From Schizochytrium sp. TIO01 (lineage: Eukaryota; Protista; Bigyra: Labyrinthulomycetes), in the NCBI GenBank assembly GCA_004764695.1, contig SMSO01000032.1, positions 4,496,483-4,560,482 on the forward strand: a stretch of 64,000 bases of DNA. The letters run 5' to 3'. Shown piece after piece: positions 35,801 through 46,900 of the stretch (within the stretch, counting starts at the first letter, position 1; each line of letters opens with the position of its first letter). A program made the position numbers and the translations under genes. The notes under the pieces were generated by a model. The model searched no databases. It saw only the letters and a program-made list of their open reading frames with translations, and had not been told where the DNA came from.

Positions 35801-35999
35801 TACTTTTCCTCACAGATCGGTTCCTTGTAGCTGAGAGCGCTTTAGAAGGAGACGATTTGACTTGCTTGTTGCTAGATGCTTTGCTCAGCCTCTTGGGGAA
35901 ATGCTTGCTGCCTTCAACCACTGAGTCTACCAAGGCAGGCCCACATGACTCCCCACTTAGGTCAATCGTCCACGCATCCTTCTGGCCACCAGTAGCCAT
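32844..35999 (-). CDS. RECQL: ATP-dependent DNA helicase RecQ, RECQ1/RECQL-like
   Basis: MPTGAGKSLIYQVPA, YVTPEK, IDEAHCCS..GHDFRPDY, TATAT, GIVYCFSRK, AFGMGIDKPDVRFV, QESGRAGRDG and a Zn-binding CRR...CKGKCDVC. N-terminal coiled coil as in RECQ1; long disordered C-terminus. Confidence 0.9.
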   Translation of the reverse strand: MATGGQKDAWTIDLSGESCGPALVDSVVEGSKHFPKRLSKASSNKQVKSSPSKALSATRNRSVRKSSTSSGGHKKNNSNGCNDGAKRSPKHQGISRDHEVMQTLNAQRVLKQEELQKLRYELNNLQRERELLNTRIKNLETRRNACEDELRDIQLQTHGAQISRKWDSEDFDHSTEVRNILQNQFGHNNFRSLQLCAINATLSGVDTFVVMPTGAGKSLIYQVPAVFEARKLTVVVSPLLSLSRDQVMSLQKRNVAAAMLCGETSREDARETLHAIRNLQLRLVYVTPEKITKSKQFMSVLEQLYGRDSLGRFVIDEAHCCSTMGHDFRPDYQKLHILKQRFPQTPILAVTATATASVEKSVCETLLGTTASARHSWIRFRTTFNRSNLIYEVLEKSSAATEHTTALADMIKSRFPKQCGIVYCFSRKDTEDTAKALMELGLKAAPYHAELDSATKQRIHYEWSTYAAGHPGTGQIQLICATSAFGMGIDKPDVRFVVHLSMPKNMEAYCQESGRAGRDGKDAHCILFYRRPDVLRVSALVSDARNGGEKLIEIVRYCENEVYCRRKFMAEVFGEPFDKNKLCKGKCDVCARSSSAQKVNFEVVDFTSHAKSLLKTLQSLLRGGSKSVNITMTKLLQTWRKEFKPRTSSNKAWSVTQAEQLCMQLLMSHIFKIKWRSSGYKTNAYLEPGVYASSLASNSGQVKYHIPLDNAEKRYISDQECLAPETPGSTKQSKTKTISRRTKNSSSQKRPRANSESADSFLSSSVESDGGSNALQASQSSFAATGSTPRDESGQQSYSSGAKTRCQKKPRPSFPPGPVILSLDSSSEEEDNDPEFADDDDKFYSPIASKHSTSSENVSAKETILAAFDAGADYPDTKSNRMSLEGASSTSASKQNQSISSPQFNLIGIDGDDEKDASSKQTVPNDTPPPKGNSQHETNCDKHSSNHSEIPSFALLNDEDDEDEDVDNGKNRHHNILLETDHQSELDQNTFNKERCNAQYPSQNSLPNADPCKSKTMETMGSEKFVRSREVSPKTIKIRNVSDDDDSDFDF

Positions 36000-37563
36000 T
36001 TCCTCTCATGCAGGTTTGGTTCAACATCGCGAAAGCGAAGATTAATACTAGAGACAGCGTTTTCTATGTAATGATTTTAAGAAGAATCCTATCTGCTGCT
36101 ATATAGAGGTTCTGCTTTTTTTTTCAATGTTAGTGATTTAGGAGTCTGTTCCTAGCTATAACTATTGTTCCCTTATAAGGTAGTTAGATTGTTTCAAGAG
36201 TTTTGGCTACCACTACTACCTACCTACTACCTAGGGAAATAATACAAAGTTAGGCAATGTAGGTATCTAAACTTTCCTACCTTAACCTACTATAAGTACT
36301 TAACCACCGAAGCAATAGGTGCTGACTATTAAGTCCAAGTTGTTAACACTCTCCGCTCATTTATATGACGTACGAGAACGGTGCTCAAAATTTCCTTCTC
36401 AATCAAAATAAAATTGACATGTGAGATTTAAGTCTGTAGTTACCGCGCCACATCATAATTCTCATTGATTAAAAACATAAGAAAATTGTAGAGAAGGCCC
36501 AATTCAGGTTGATGGAGGCAACCAGTAAAAAGGAGAGCTTTCCAAAGTAAATTGGTAGCTCCGATTAATGCGAGGCTTGCGCAGACTGGTTCTGGTACTT
36601 TCATTAAACTACTATCTATGATGTTGCACAAAATTGTCAAAGAACTTGGTACAGGGAATTGTAACCACGGTAAATCAACACCGCAGTCCAAATTAAATTT
36701 TGGATACCTTGTTGGTCCTTAGATTTCTATTTAGGATTTATACTTTCGAATTTACAAAATCCACCGGTCGATAACTCTAACAGTGGTCAACAATATAGCT
36801 CACATTAACATGTTTGTATAAAAGGATTCATAGGATGGTAGAATTGAACCTCTTTACATTTGCGAAAGGTCAATATGAAGAGTTATTTTGTATTTTTCTG
36901 CTTTCAAAGATTGATGAAAATAAATTCTTGAAGTAGTTCGTACTGTGTATTAATAGATGCAGCCTTGAACTGGTAAGGTATGGTTTCTATATCTTTGAAG
37001 AATGCAAGAGACTGCGCCTATCTGGGAGGATGAGAAATAGAAGCACCACACTATTTATAGAAGACCTATCTAAAGCAAAGAGCTAGGACCTACTCAAAAA
37101 TTGCCTAAACTAATTCTGGAGAGTCTGCACAAAAATTTTGCTTTAAATTGCGAAATCTGAACCGCGTTAAGCTTTATTTTATCCAGCTAATTCGTGCAAG
37201 TCACACAGATAATATCAAGATTACACATCTTGTCACGATGTACTTGATTATATCAGGTAGGTGCCTAGGTAGGTGGATAGGTGGAGATCCGGCTGGAAGA
37301 AAAAAGAAAATTGTCTCGAAGATGTACACACTACCTAGGTACTACTACCAGGACTAGAATATATCAACTTATTAAACTTCTAGCCAACTTTTCTTTAACT
37401 GCTCTAGGCCTTCTTGTAGACAATTGCGCGGGCGGGACGCAGGAGCTCAAATGAAGGGAGCAAACCTATCACAGGGACAGGATCAAGCATAGCAACGTGG
37501 TCCGTAGGTAGACATCACTAAGCAAGGACGCTCGCCGAATCAAGGAGATCTACCAAATAAAAG

Positions 37564-37938
37564 ATGTCTATTGCAAAAGTTGCTGCACAAACGTGCGGTC
37601 TTCTGATCATGGTGATCGTGCCAGTATCTTTCGTTTTTGCACTATTATCTCGGGTCAGGTTCTTCACAAACACTCAGGGTAACTTCGACGCCGAATGGGA
37701 GGACATTGGGCTGCATGCAACTCGCTATAAAATGTATCCAAGCCGGACTCCTACAACTATCCGCAGAATCAGAACTTTGACCCCTCGCCAGCTTTTTGTT
37801 CGTGGCATTCGTGACCCAGCTTTTGATCTTGAACCTTGGGAGCTTGCCGTTCTCATCAGCTTGTCTTGTGTGACCATCTACGGGTGGGTGTATTGCTGTG
37901 TATGTACGCGGAGTAAGTCAAAGCTTAAAGCTCATTAG
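37564..37938 (+). CDS. Small hypothetical protein with two hydrophobic segments, 124 aa
   Basis: ATG-initiated, GC-richer than its flanks, TM-like segments at aa ~11-29 and ~92-113, TAGGTA cluster upstream. No recognisable family. Confidence 0.6.
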   Translation: MSIAKVAAQTCGLLIMVIVPVSFVFALLSRVRFFTNTQGNFDAEWEDIGLHATRYKMYPSRTPTTIRRIRTLTPRQLFVRGIRDPAFDLEPWELAVLISLSCVTIYGWVYCCVCTRSKSKLKAH

Positions 37939-40900
37939 ATGCTGTTGTGAATACTGGCTCCCTCTATTTAAGGCGCCAGAACTAGCTTGTAGGCTTGTCC
38001 AAATAACATACCACTGAGTCAATCAATGACCTGGAAAATGTTATGAAAGAACCTTGATGACATTTCCCTATTACATGCAACTTCTTCTTTAAAGACGCAG
38101 AGTTCCAAAGCGTATGATGCAAGAATATGCATTTCGATGTCCTCACGTCTAGTTCAATGGAGGTCCTCTTACCTCTTCACTGTTGTATCAAACCTCGGTG
38201 TCGTGAAAAATCATGAGTGATTCGTACTTCTCAAACGAAGCATAACCACCTAACCTTTTGTGTCTTGTCCAAGTTCTATGCAATCCTGGAATTTAGATTC
38301 TGGATTTTAATCTTATAAAAATAAATATCGGGTATTTGTAGTATTTGTAGCTTTCCATTATAACTAAGATACAATTTTAGATGGGAATGGATATATTGGC
38401 GACATTATGCCACAAAGCCAACTCAAAGCAAAGTTGCATAAGTCACTCTCATTGCGTCAGTGTAAACATATTTAGAACGAAATACATTGATCACAAAATT
38501 CATTGACCTGAAAATAAGAAAACCCGTTTTTCAAATTTAGCATTGTGTTTCTACAAGTAATGTTTTCGTGATGTCTGAATCAAATTTAATGATTGTATGC
38601 AGTATATTAGTACTCCATTTTGCCATTTGATATGAATATAGAAATGAAACAAGATGCCCATATAATACGAGTCTTACTTTTTAAAGTCGAGGCCTAACAT
38701 ATTTTTATGGCAGAAGTAATGTAAGCATGGCAAAGATGTCGTGGACGGGTCCTTAAAGAGAGTAGGAATATGATGACAAAGATTGTAAGCAAACTAGCAT
38801 TTGCACTCGGTAGATGAAAATCTAAACCTCTGACTTCGAGCAAAAACCTAAACCTCTGAGGCGTTACTCCGTACAATTTAAACCTTTAAAGGTAGTCCTT
38901 ACTATCGTTTTATTCGAGATATTCTGCAATCATAAGAGCTATTTCTTGGAACTAGACTTTCAAATTTCAAAACTCATCATCAAAGCACTTGTGTTAAGTA
39001 CCCATACGAACTCTTTTGCGGAGTAGCATTGCCAAGAAGCAACTGTCCTTCATCCTCACGTCATCAGATATATGTTTTCCTACAATTTTCACAATATCAA
39101 TTCAAAATTCGAAATATTGCTAACCTCAGATATATTTCCGTTGATAAAGACGCGCGGAAATCTCAGTGATAGGTGTTGCTGAAACAACCTGTTGCATATT
39201 ATCGAGATAAGGTCTTCCTAGTTATACAAAGACAAGTTGATTAGCTGGCATGATTTTCATTGATTATATGAAGTATATGAAGTATACTAATTCAACACAG
39301 AAACAATTAATCATGGTGGGTACTAGGTACAGATATAGTTAGTGTGTATTTTTATTAAATAGTGTTTACTTAAAGATAATGCTAAAGATAGGTTATAAAT
39401 CATAGCTATGATTATAATATCATGAAATTAAAAGAAGTTAAATTTAATAAATAGACGAGGAAATAAAAAAGGGAAGGAAAAGTACTGAGCGAGGGTAGGT
39501 AGGTTAAGGTAGGAGTCCAATTAGGTAATATGCCTGCGTGACCAGAGAAGGCCACACAATACTAAGCTTTGCAACCTCTGATCTAAGCACTGTCACCAAT
39601 CGTGACTCATATTCTGAAAAGTCAAAGATAGGTCATTGATAGCGTCAGGATTAAACTCCCAGTGGTCGATGAAGGAAGGAACAGAAGCTTCGCAGCCAGG
39701 AGAAAGGGGGAAACGTCAGAGAGTCAGAGACAAATGCACGTATATTGACAATAATGGCAAGTCCAGGGTCTAATAGGTAGAAGAGAGCGACTGATCAAAA
39801 GAACAAGCGAGGAAGAAAAGAACGTGCAGCAGCCGCGAACGAACCCGCTCCAGGCGAAGTGACGCAGCGATATCAGGGTACCTCTTTCACCAGGCTCCCC
39901 TTCCTGATGATGGGATAATGAATTAAACTACCTCACCAGGCATTCCGCAAGATCATAGGCTTGAAGTCGGCGATGCGCAAGATTGCCACCAGGTTTGATT
40001 GCTAATGAGCCTGCCGCAGGCTATTTTTTTTTGGGCCAAACTTTTTTTTAATTTGAAACGTTTTCTAATTATTTAAAAAAAATATATATACTTTTAATTA
40101 TTTGAAAAGGTTTCATTTTGGAAGATGAAAGTTAGTGTTTTCGCTGGAATAGGCATTTTTTTCTTACATGATCAAAAAGGATAACTTTCAAATTCTCTAA
40201 CACATATATATATGGAGAGAGGTAATTACTGCCTATGATTAAGCTCTGCTCACCTCATGTTACAGGCGATACACAGAATATAGGCCAGATCGTGAACAGG
40301 TAAGTTGGGCTAATTATGTTTAATTCAGAACGGGACACCTTTTGAGGACCAATATCAACGTTTCTAGTGGTTGTTTCTCAGAGACATTAACTAGATAACA
40401 GTTCCAAGTTATCAGTTTCAACACAATTTCGATACACTTTGAGAGATAGCTAAGACACAATCATTAGGTTGCTCTCTGTCTATATATGTTTAATCCATAA
40501 CCTGTGACGTGTTGACGCATCACAAGTATCGCGCTGGGAAAAAAATAAGCTCAACGTCGTTTATTTAGTGAAGAGTGAAGCATAATAGTGACTCAAGTCT
40601 AAAAGCGTACACATATTGCAGTTTGTTTTTGACAGTCGCTACGGAGTTGAGGCCTCCACATACACCTTGAAAATGATGCGAAGATCGTACACAAGTCTTT
40701 CTTCTTTAGGAAGAACTTGCATAAACCAAATGCAACACATTCGAAACAATTGAACTTAAGACTTCCCTTCCTAATCTTCTATTCGTCCTAGAAGCATAAC
40801 TCATTTCCATGAAAAGAAGCAGCTGTTCCATTCTCTCCATTTTTGTTCGCAAGGATCAATATGATGAAGGCTGTTAGATTCTAGACAGTTAAATAAACGT

Positions 40901-43900
40901 GGTTACTGCGAATTTATTGTAGCAGAACGTTATGCTTATTTCTGACACCATGTTAGTGAATTTGTTGTTGATTTCACTAACATGGGTGAGGGATCCAATG
41001 TCACAGCAAGAACCTCTTATCCTATTATCTATCAAATGTGTAATTATACGTTGTCAAATGATTTGACTACCTTTAGAAAGCTATTCAATTCAGACAAATA
41101 AATGTAAATTTATTTATTTGCTGCATTCCCCAAAATGTCTAATGGTGTGGTAAATTGTGGATATTTTGACTTCAACATGACGTTTATCTACCACGACCGC
41201 ATATACATGTTATTATCTGGATGAGGGAAACCAATGAATTTCAAGATAGCCTCACGAGAGAAGCAGGCCAATCGTCCTTTAACAATGAGAGGGAGTGTCC
41301 AGGTATGTATGTCGAACACACAGTCCCTCTGAACGCATTTATTGGCTTCACTTTAAGATTTATGAGAATCCCTCGTCATGGGTAGGGTAACACGAAAGGT
41401 TTATAGTCATCAAATAGGGATCTTAATCCAAATCTCTAACAAATACTGTATTTTTCAAAAATGTGTCTTCATTTCTTCAAAACAGAATCGGATGAGAATG
41501 TTCGCAGATGGACAGTTAAGAGAGTTTGTGCGTTTTACATGATGCTCTCAAACTTATCGATTCTTCAAATGAAAGTTTCGAAGCAACTACACTCTGCAAG
41601 CAAAATTCTTCTAAATTTTAAGGAAATTGCAGGTGAAGATCACTTTTTCGATTTTAAAGACTCTCGAGTCAAGGATACTACTATTTGTATGATCTCATTA
41701 TCGAACAGCTTATTAGTGGCGATAGGAAATCAGGCATACATAGCCTTTTTCTTATTATTGATCCTATGGTTTCAAGGATTGATTTAACGATGCTCTTTCA
41801 TGCGTGCAAATATCATACCAGATTAAAGAGCCTCCAAATTTCGTGCGTGTTCACTCTTCGTGCTTGCGAATGTGGTCATGAAATTAAAATCATAAATATT
41901 TCTTTAAAATAAGTTAAAAATATTTTTTACTATAAACTAGTGAAAACAGTATTGCTAAAGTAAAAAAAAAAAAAGGGACGTGGGACTCTTGACAAATCCC
42001 TGGGGCTATTGCAGGGTACTAGTATTGGGCCTATATAGACTTGCTTCCATCACCTAAACTTCAAATGAGTGGTTTTAGATAAATTGAATGATATGTCCTT
42101 GAGCAAATTACGGTAATGCGTGATTCTTGCCACATATATAAATTATTTGGTTATGTGCATTCTGTTGAATGATTGGAGCCTGTCGTAATCTTGCAAACTT
42201 CACCCAAAATACACTCCATAACAGTAAAGTACGCTCGTATCCTCTTTGCATGCAACTCTAGAACGTACTAGGTAGCACTTTCATATATATATACATATAT
42301 ATATTCTTGTATTTGTTCTCGAAATAAGGAGAAGAAAATAATAAATGAAAATATAGATTTTAACTTTTTTGTTTTTCTAAAAAACTAAAATTCAGGAACA
42401 TAATTAAAAATTTAAAATAAAAAGCAAAAAAGCAGCGTATATAATTTCAAGGCTAAGAAAGGCTTTTTGTTTTTATGGGGGAATGATAGGAGGGAGGGTG
42501 GATTGAGAATATGACCCAGGGAATCATAATATATACTTAGAGGAAACAAGGAGTTTAGCTTGGATTCTTCTACAAAAAAGAAAGTCAGAACTCTGGTGTG
42601 GTTCTATTTCTATTCAATGTTATCAAGATGTTCAATGTGACTCGGTAGCAAAACTAAAATGCTAGAGCGTTTCTTTTCTTTTAATCAAACTGTTTTGAAC
42701 TTGCAGCATTTGACAACTCCGTGGCTAGTGCTCAAGCAATTCCATCTTTAATTCAATTTAGTTAGCAAAATATTTGAAAGTACTCTCAATTTATTTATTT
42801 TTTAAAATATATATAATAAATATCAAATAGCAGTTTTCCATAAACAGCAGTGGTGTTAATAATAATAACATTTTAAAACTCCCATTCTTACGTTCTATTT
42901 GTTTCTGTTTTTATCATTTATCAGCTCTTAAGGTCATTTACTTTGAATGATCAAAATTATATGAAGTTTGATGGCAGCTTCTTAAACTAGTGTGAATGGC
43001 AAACTATTGTAGCGATTAATATCCGGCTATATAACTCTGGAATAAGCTCGATGGTGAAAAGGTTATCAAGTCCCGTTTTTTTTGTTTTTTTTTTAAATAA
43101 ACTGTCAAAGGCTTAGAGCCCAAGACATTCACCGTATGAGTGCCAGATCAACGGCATTAATAGTGAAAGAAGTGGTTCATATTCTTGTATTCTTTAAAAC
43201 TGACGATGATTGAATACGATAATTGATGAATTCTATGGTGTGGTATTTATTGGCACATAGACACGAGTGTATTAATGATTTTTTCTCCAAGTTTCTGGCT
43301 ACTATAGCAGGCGCAAGGAGCAGCAGGAATAGCAACAAAAAGATTTCAGGATGTGTTTCTTTATTTGAATTAGCCAAAGAATCTCATCTTTATGCTGTGC
43401 CGGTATTTTCAACTTCAGCTCAGTATGGGACTAATCACAGTTTCAAACAACACCTATAATCGATGCTTGCATAATCTCGCGATCTAATGCTTTCCAACTT
43501 AACTAATTATGCCTGAACAGAACCATTTCTGGTTTGTCTACGCAGTGTCCAATTCTGACAATCATGTGTATCTAAGAGCTGCGAAGTTCATGTGGCGGCG
43601 AAATATAACCAAATAGAGACTTGCAACCTTTTTGAGAAACAAGGATGATTGAGTTACAGGTTAATTCAATGATAATTTGTGATGTGCGTAAACACAAAGT
43701 GAAAAGCAGCAAGTCTTGTATATCTGATTTACAATCAAATTTCTTTTTCCTGCAACCAGTGATACTATTATCACAAGCCAGCGACAATTTGCACTTAAGC
43801 AAACAAATCATAGACCACCATACTAGTTTAATTTTACGCGCCTGGCCAGGTGATGTAGTTATATACAACTTCTATATGTTATAAAGAGAGTCCAGACTCG

Positions 43901-46900
43901 CTAGTGGATAGAGAAGTTTTATTCACTAAGGGTAGACTGCTTAGATATAATGAAGAGGAGACCAGGCCTGCTACTCACATAAACCATGGTGACGAGAGGA
44001 CTTGATTTTTCCTTTGTTCTAATCTCTCATGAACTTGTTTAAAGAAGACACGGCTGGCAGATCTAGCAATAAATGCAGCCTGAAGTTTTAATGACAGGTA
44101 TTGCATGACACCAAAGGAGTAGCTTCTGCTACCGTGTCCTCTTCCCAAGGTGTCCAAGTCTTTTTTTAATTTTTTATATCGAGCATTGTGAAAAATAAGA
44201 GAAGTCTTAATTTACCTTAGGTAGAATATGTGTCCCAGAGGTTCCTTTCGGGGTGTCGGGAGGATGAATTACAAACAAAGCCCCTTTTTTGGAAGGTACT
44301 GAAGAAGGTTTTAAAGCAATCGGTCTTTACAATAATAATTTTAAAGTTCAAAGATAAGGAAGAAGCATTTTTAGAAAAAGCAAAAAAACGAGTAGTAGCC
44401 CTTCGTTTTTTTTTTTTTTTTTTTTCTATAAAAGTATATTTTCAAACTTTAACAATGATGCTAGTGGTAAATTGTAAAAGAAGTATTAAAACCTTTATTT
44501 AAGATTAAAAATTATATATTTTATGCTTCTGTTGTCCCGTTCATGTTTCCACGTTCGTGTCCCGGGATACCCGTGAAAGCGAAGAAAAAGCAGCCTGATT
44601 ATTCATTTAAAAAAGCTATATTCTCTTTCTACAATTTTATTTTACTTTCAAACAGAAAACAACAAATAAAAATTAAGCAAGCAAGCAAACTTTTTATTCT
44701 GCACAGACCTTATTGTTCGGTTATAACTAAATAAATTTAGAGTGTCCCGGCTTTGATTTCTGATTTATTCTGCCAGTGTCCCGCATTCGAGCAAGCCTAG
44801 AATAGTAACTGGAATAGTAACTCTAATAAGAAGAAGTAGCATATGTATATATATATACATAAACAAAACATCGACAAATATATTTTGAGTTGGTGATAGA
44901 AAACCATCTTTGAGTATTTTCTGATTTAATACTACTATTATTGCTATCAGCATTCACGGCAATTCGTAGGTCCACAGCAAAAGTGGCCCGCCAAATAGTC
45001 TTGTTGAAATTGTGAACACAGACCAATCCAAGTCTCAAGGACCGGGTTGCCTACAATAACGCATTCCTGTGCTGCCATTGTTAACTTGCGACGCAACGGG
45101 GGAGGAACATGAGAATCAATTAGATGACTCGTTGGTCGCTTTCCTGAGTGTATGTTTATGCTATGACTAAGAGGGAAGTGTGTCTAATGTATTCAGGCGG
45201 TGATTCGTCTTATTGCCGGAGGTTGCCGGGCTAATTAAGAATATGTACTGTATCTCTAGAGGTTTCTATCTACCTGTCTGGCTACCATAGGAAAAGAACT
45301 TTCAAGTTGTTTGCTTCTAAAAGCTGAACTCAAGCAATTCTTTCTTTTGAAAAAGAAAAGAAAAAGCTTTAAATGCATAAGATAATATAGTGGAACAAAG
45401 AGAGGGACAAGATTGCAATAGGTAGGTACCTAGGTAATCTAAAGAAAGGAAGATCTCATTTCTAATGCAGATTCATCCATTTCTGTCATCGGTGGCTAGT
45501 GAAGCAACTGATCTTTAATTCAATAAATAGTACCTAGGTATTGAGAGTGAGACAAAACAGACAACAAACCCATCGTGTTTACCTAAAATTGAATAGATTG
45601 ATCTATTATTTTAGATGAGGCTCCTGCGAGGTTGATCGATGTATCGATAGATATACCCACTGCCGAACGATGCTGGTCCTATAATTTATTATTATCAGAG
45701 TCACGGTCTAGCAATACTTATATAATGTACGTAAGGAATGCAACAATGGTAGCGGTAGCAGCTCTGTGAACAACTGAGCTGAGGCCCGACTCCCGAGGGA
45801 CTCGCTTGTAGGCAGTACCATAGATTTTACAGTTTAGAATGCTGTTAGAATGTGTCCAGGTAGCCAGTATTTGGCACCAAAATATAATAAAAACTATTGG
45901 CTAATCATCAATCAACAAACTTGATAATCTTCGCTTTGTTTCTTCACAGGTTCTCTACAAGTCTCGCATTTCCTCTTCAAGTACGTGTGTCCTCGTCTCT
46001 AATCAACTGCTGAGACCAGCCTGGCCATACCTTCGCAGAGGCTCTTTTTGGTGAAAATTACGACATTGCTTTTGACATACTAGTAGCAACAGTAGTATTT
46101 CTTTCTGGATACCACCACTATAACTTTAAAATAGAATAGGTGTAGACAGAGAAACCTACAGGGCTATGTTAGATAAAATAGCCAATATTCGCCCAAGGCC
46201 CAAGGCGCATGAGGATGGATGTTCTCCTTTAGTCGTCTTATTATTATTGCCCTCCGAAGACCTCTGAAGTTTCATCCCACATTTGAATCAGACACATGAT
46301 GGTGACGCGACAACCTCTTAAAGAGTTAAGTGACGTACATATAATTTCCGTCACGTCTCCTAAAAAGTGTTTATGGCATCGTCAGAAGGTTATTTAGACC
46401 CTTATAAGTAAGCACTAGATAGTTGTTCTCATGGTACCAAAAATACATTTGTATGCCACTAGCAACCTGATCGCTAGGAGAGGTCTTCCTACATAGTACT
46501 GGTATAAGTAACGACATGAATATGTTCTTTTTATATTCTTCTCTCTTTAAGAAAAGAATAGAAAAGCCCGAGACTAATTTTAAAAGTAAAAAAATGAGAG
46601 ACGACTGATTTTTATGTATTAATGCATAACAGTCGTCTTCATTCAGTTTAGTACCAAACAGTAGTAAACGAGCGCCCAGGATAATAGGTTTTTCTTCTTT
46701 CTATTTTTTCTCTGTTTGTTTTCACATGATGTATTTTATTCTTTCCTCAAATTCGTAGAAGGTACGTAGTTACCAAGGTTGCTTATATTCAACAACAGGC
46801 GTTCGTACTATGCTCTCACCATCGTAATAATAAGTCATCGAGAGCGGCCTGCTACTCAACTTGCACTCAACTTGCAGCACGTTCAAACTAGCAGCACTAG

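Noticed and set aside
36440-36691. ORF with hydrophobic 'SLALIGATNLLWKALLF', a possible membrane-enzyme fragment
   Set aside because: Non-ATG start and no catalytic motif.
36820-36860. GGTTCAATTC T-loop-like motif on the minus strand (tRNA?)
   Set aside because: No paired T-stem or cloverleaf can be built.
39484-39545. TPP-riboswitch-like words (CTGAG...TAATATGCCTGCG)
   Set aside because: Lacks the CTGAGA/ACCTGA core pairing, and there is no thiamine gene nearby.
43218-43260. 'IIDEFYG' resembling the Walker B of CRESS-virus Rep
   Set aside because: Flanked by stops, with no Walker A, motif C or HUH motifs; probably chance.
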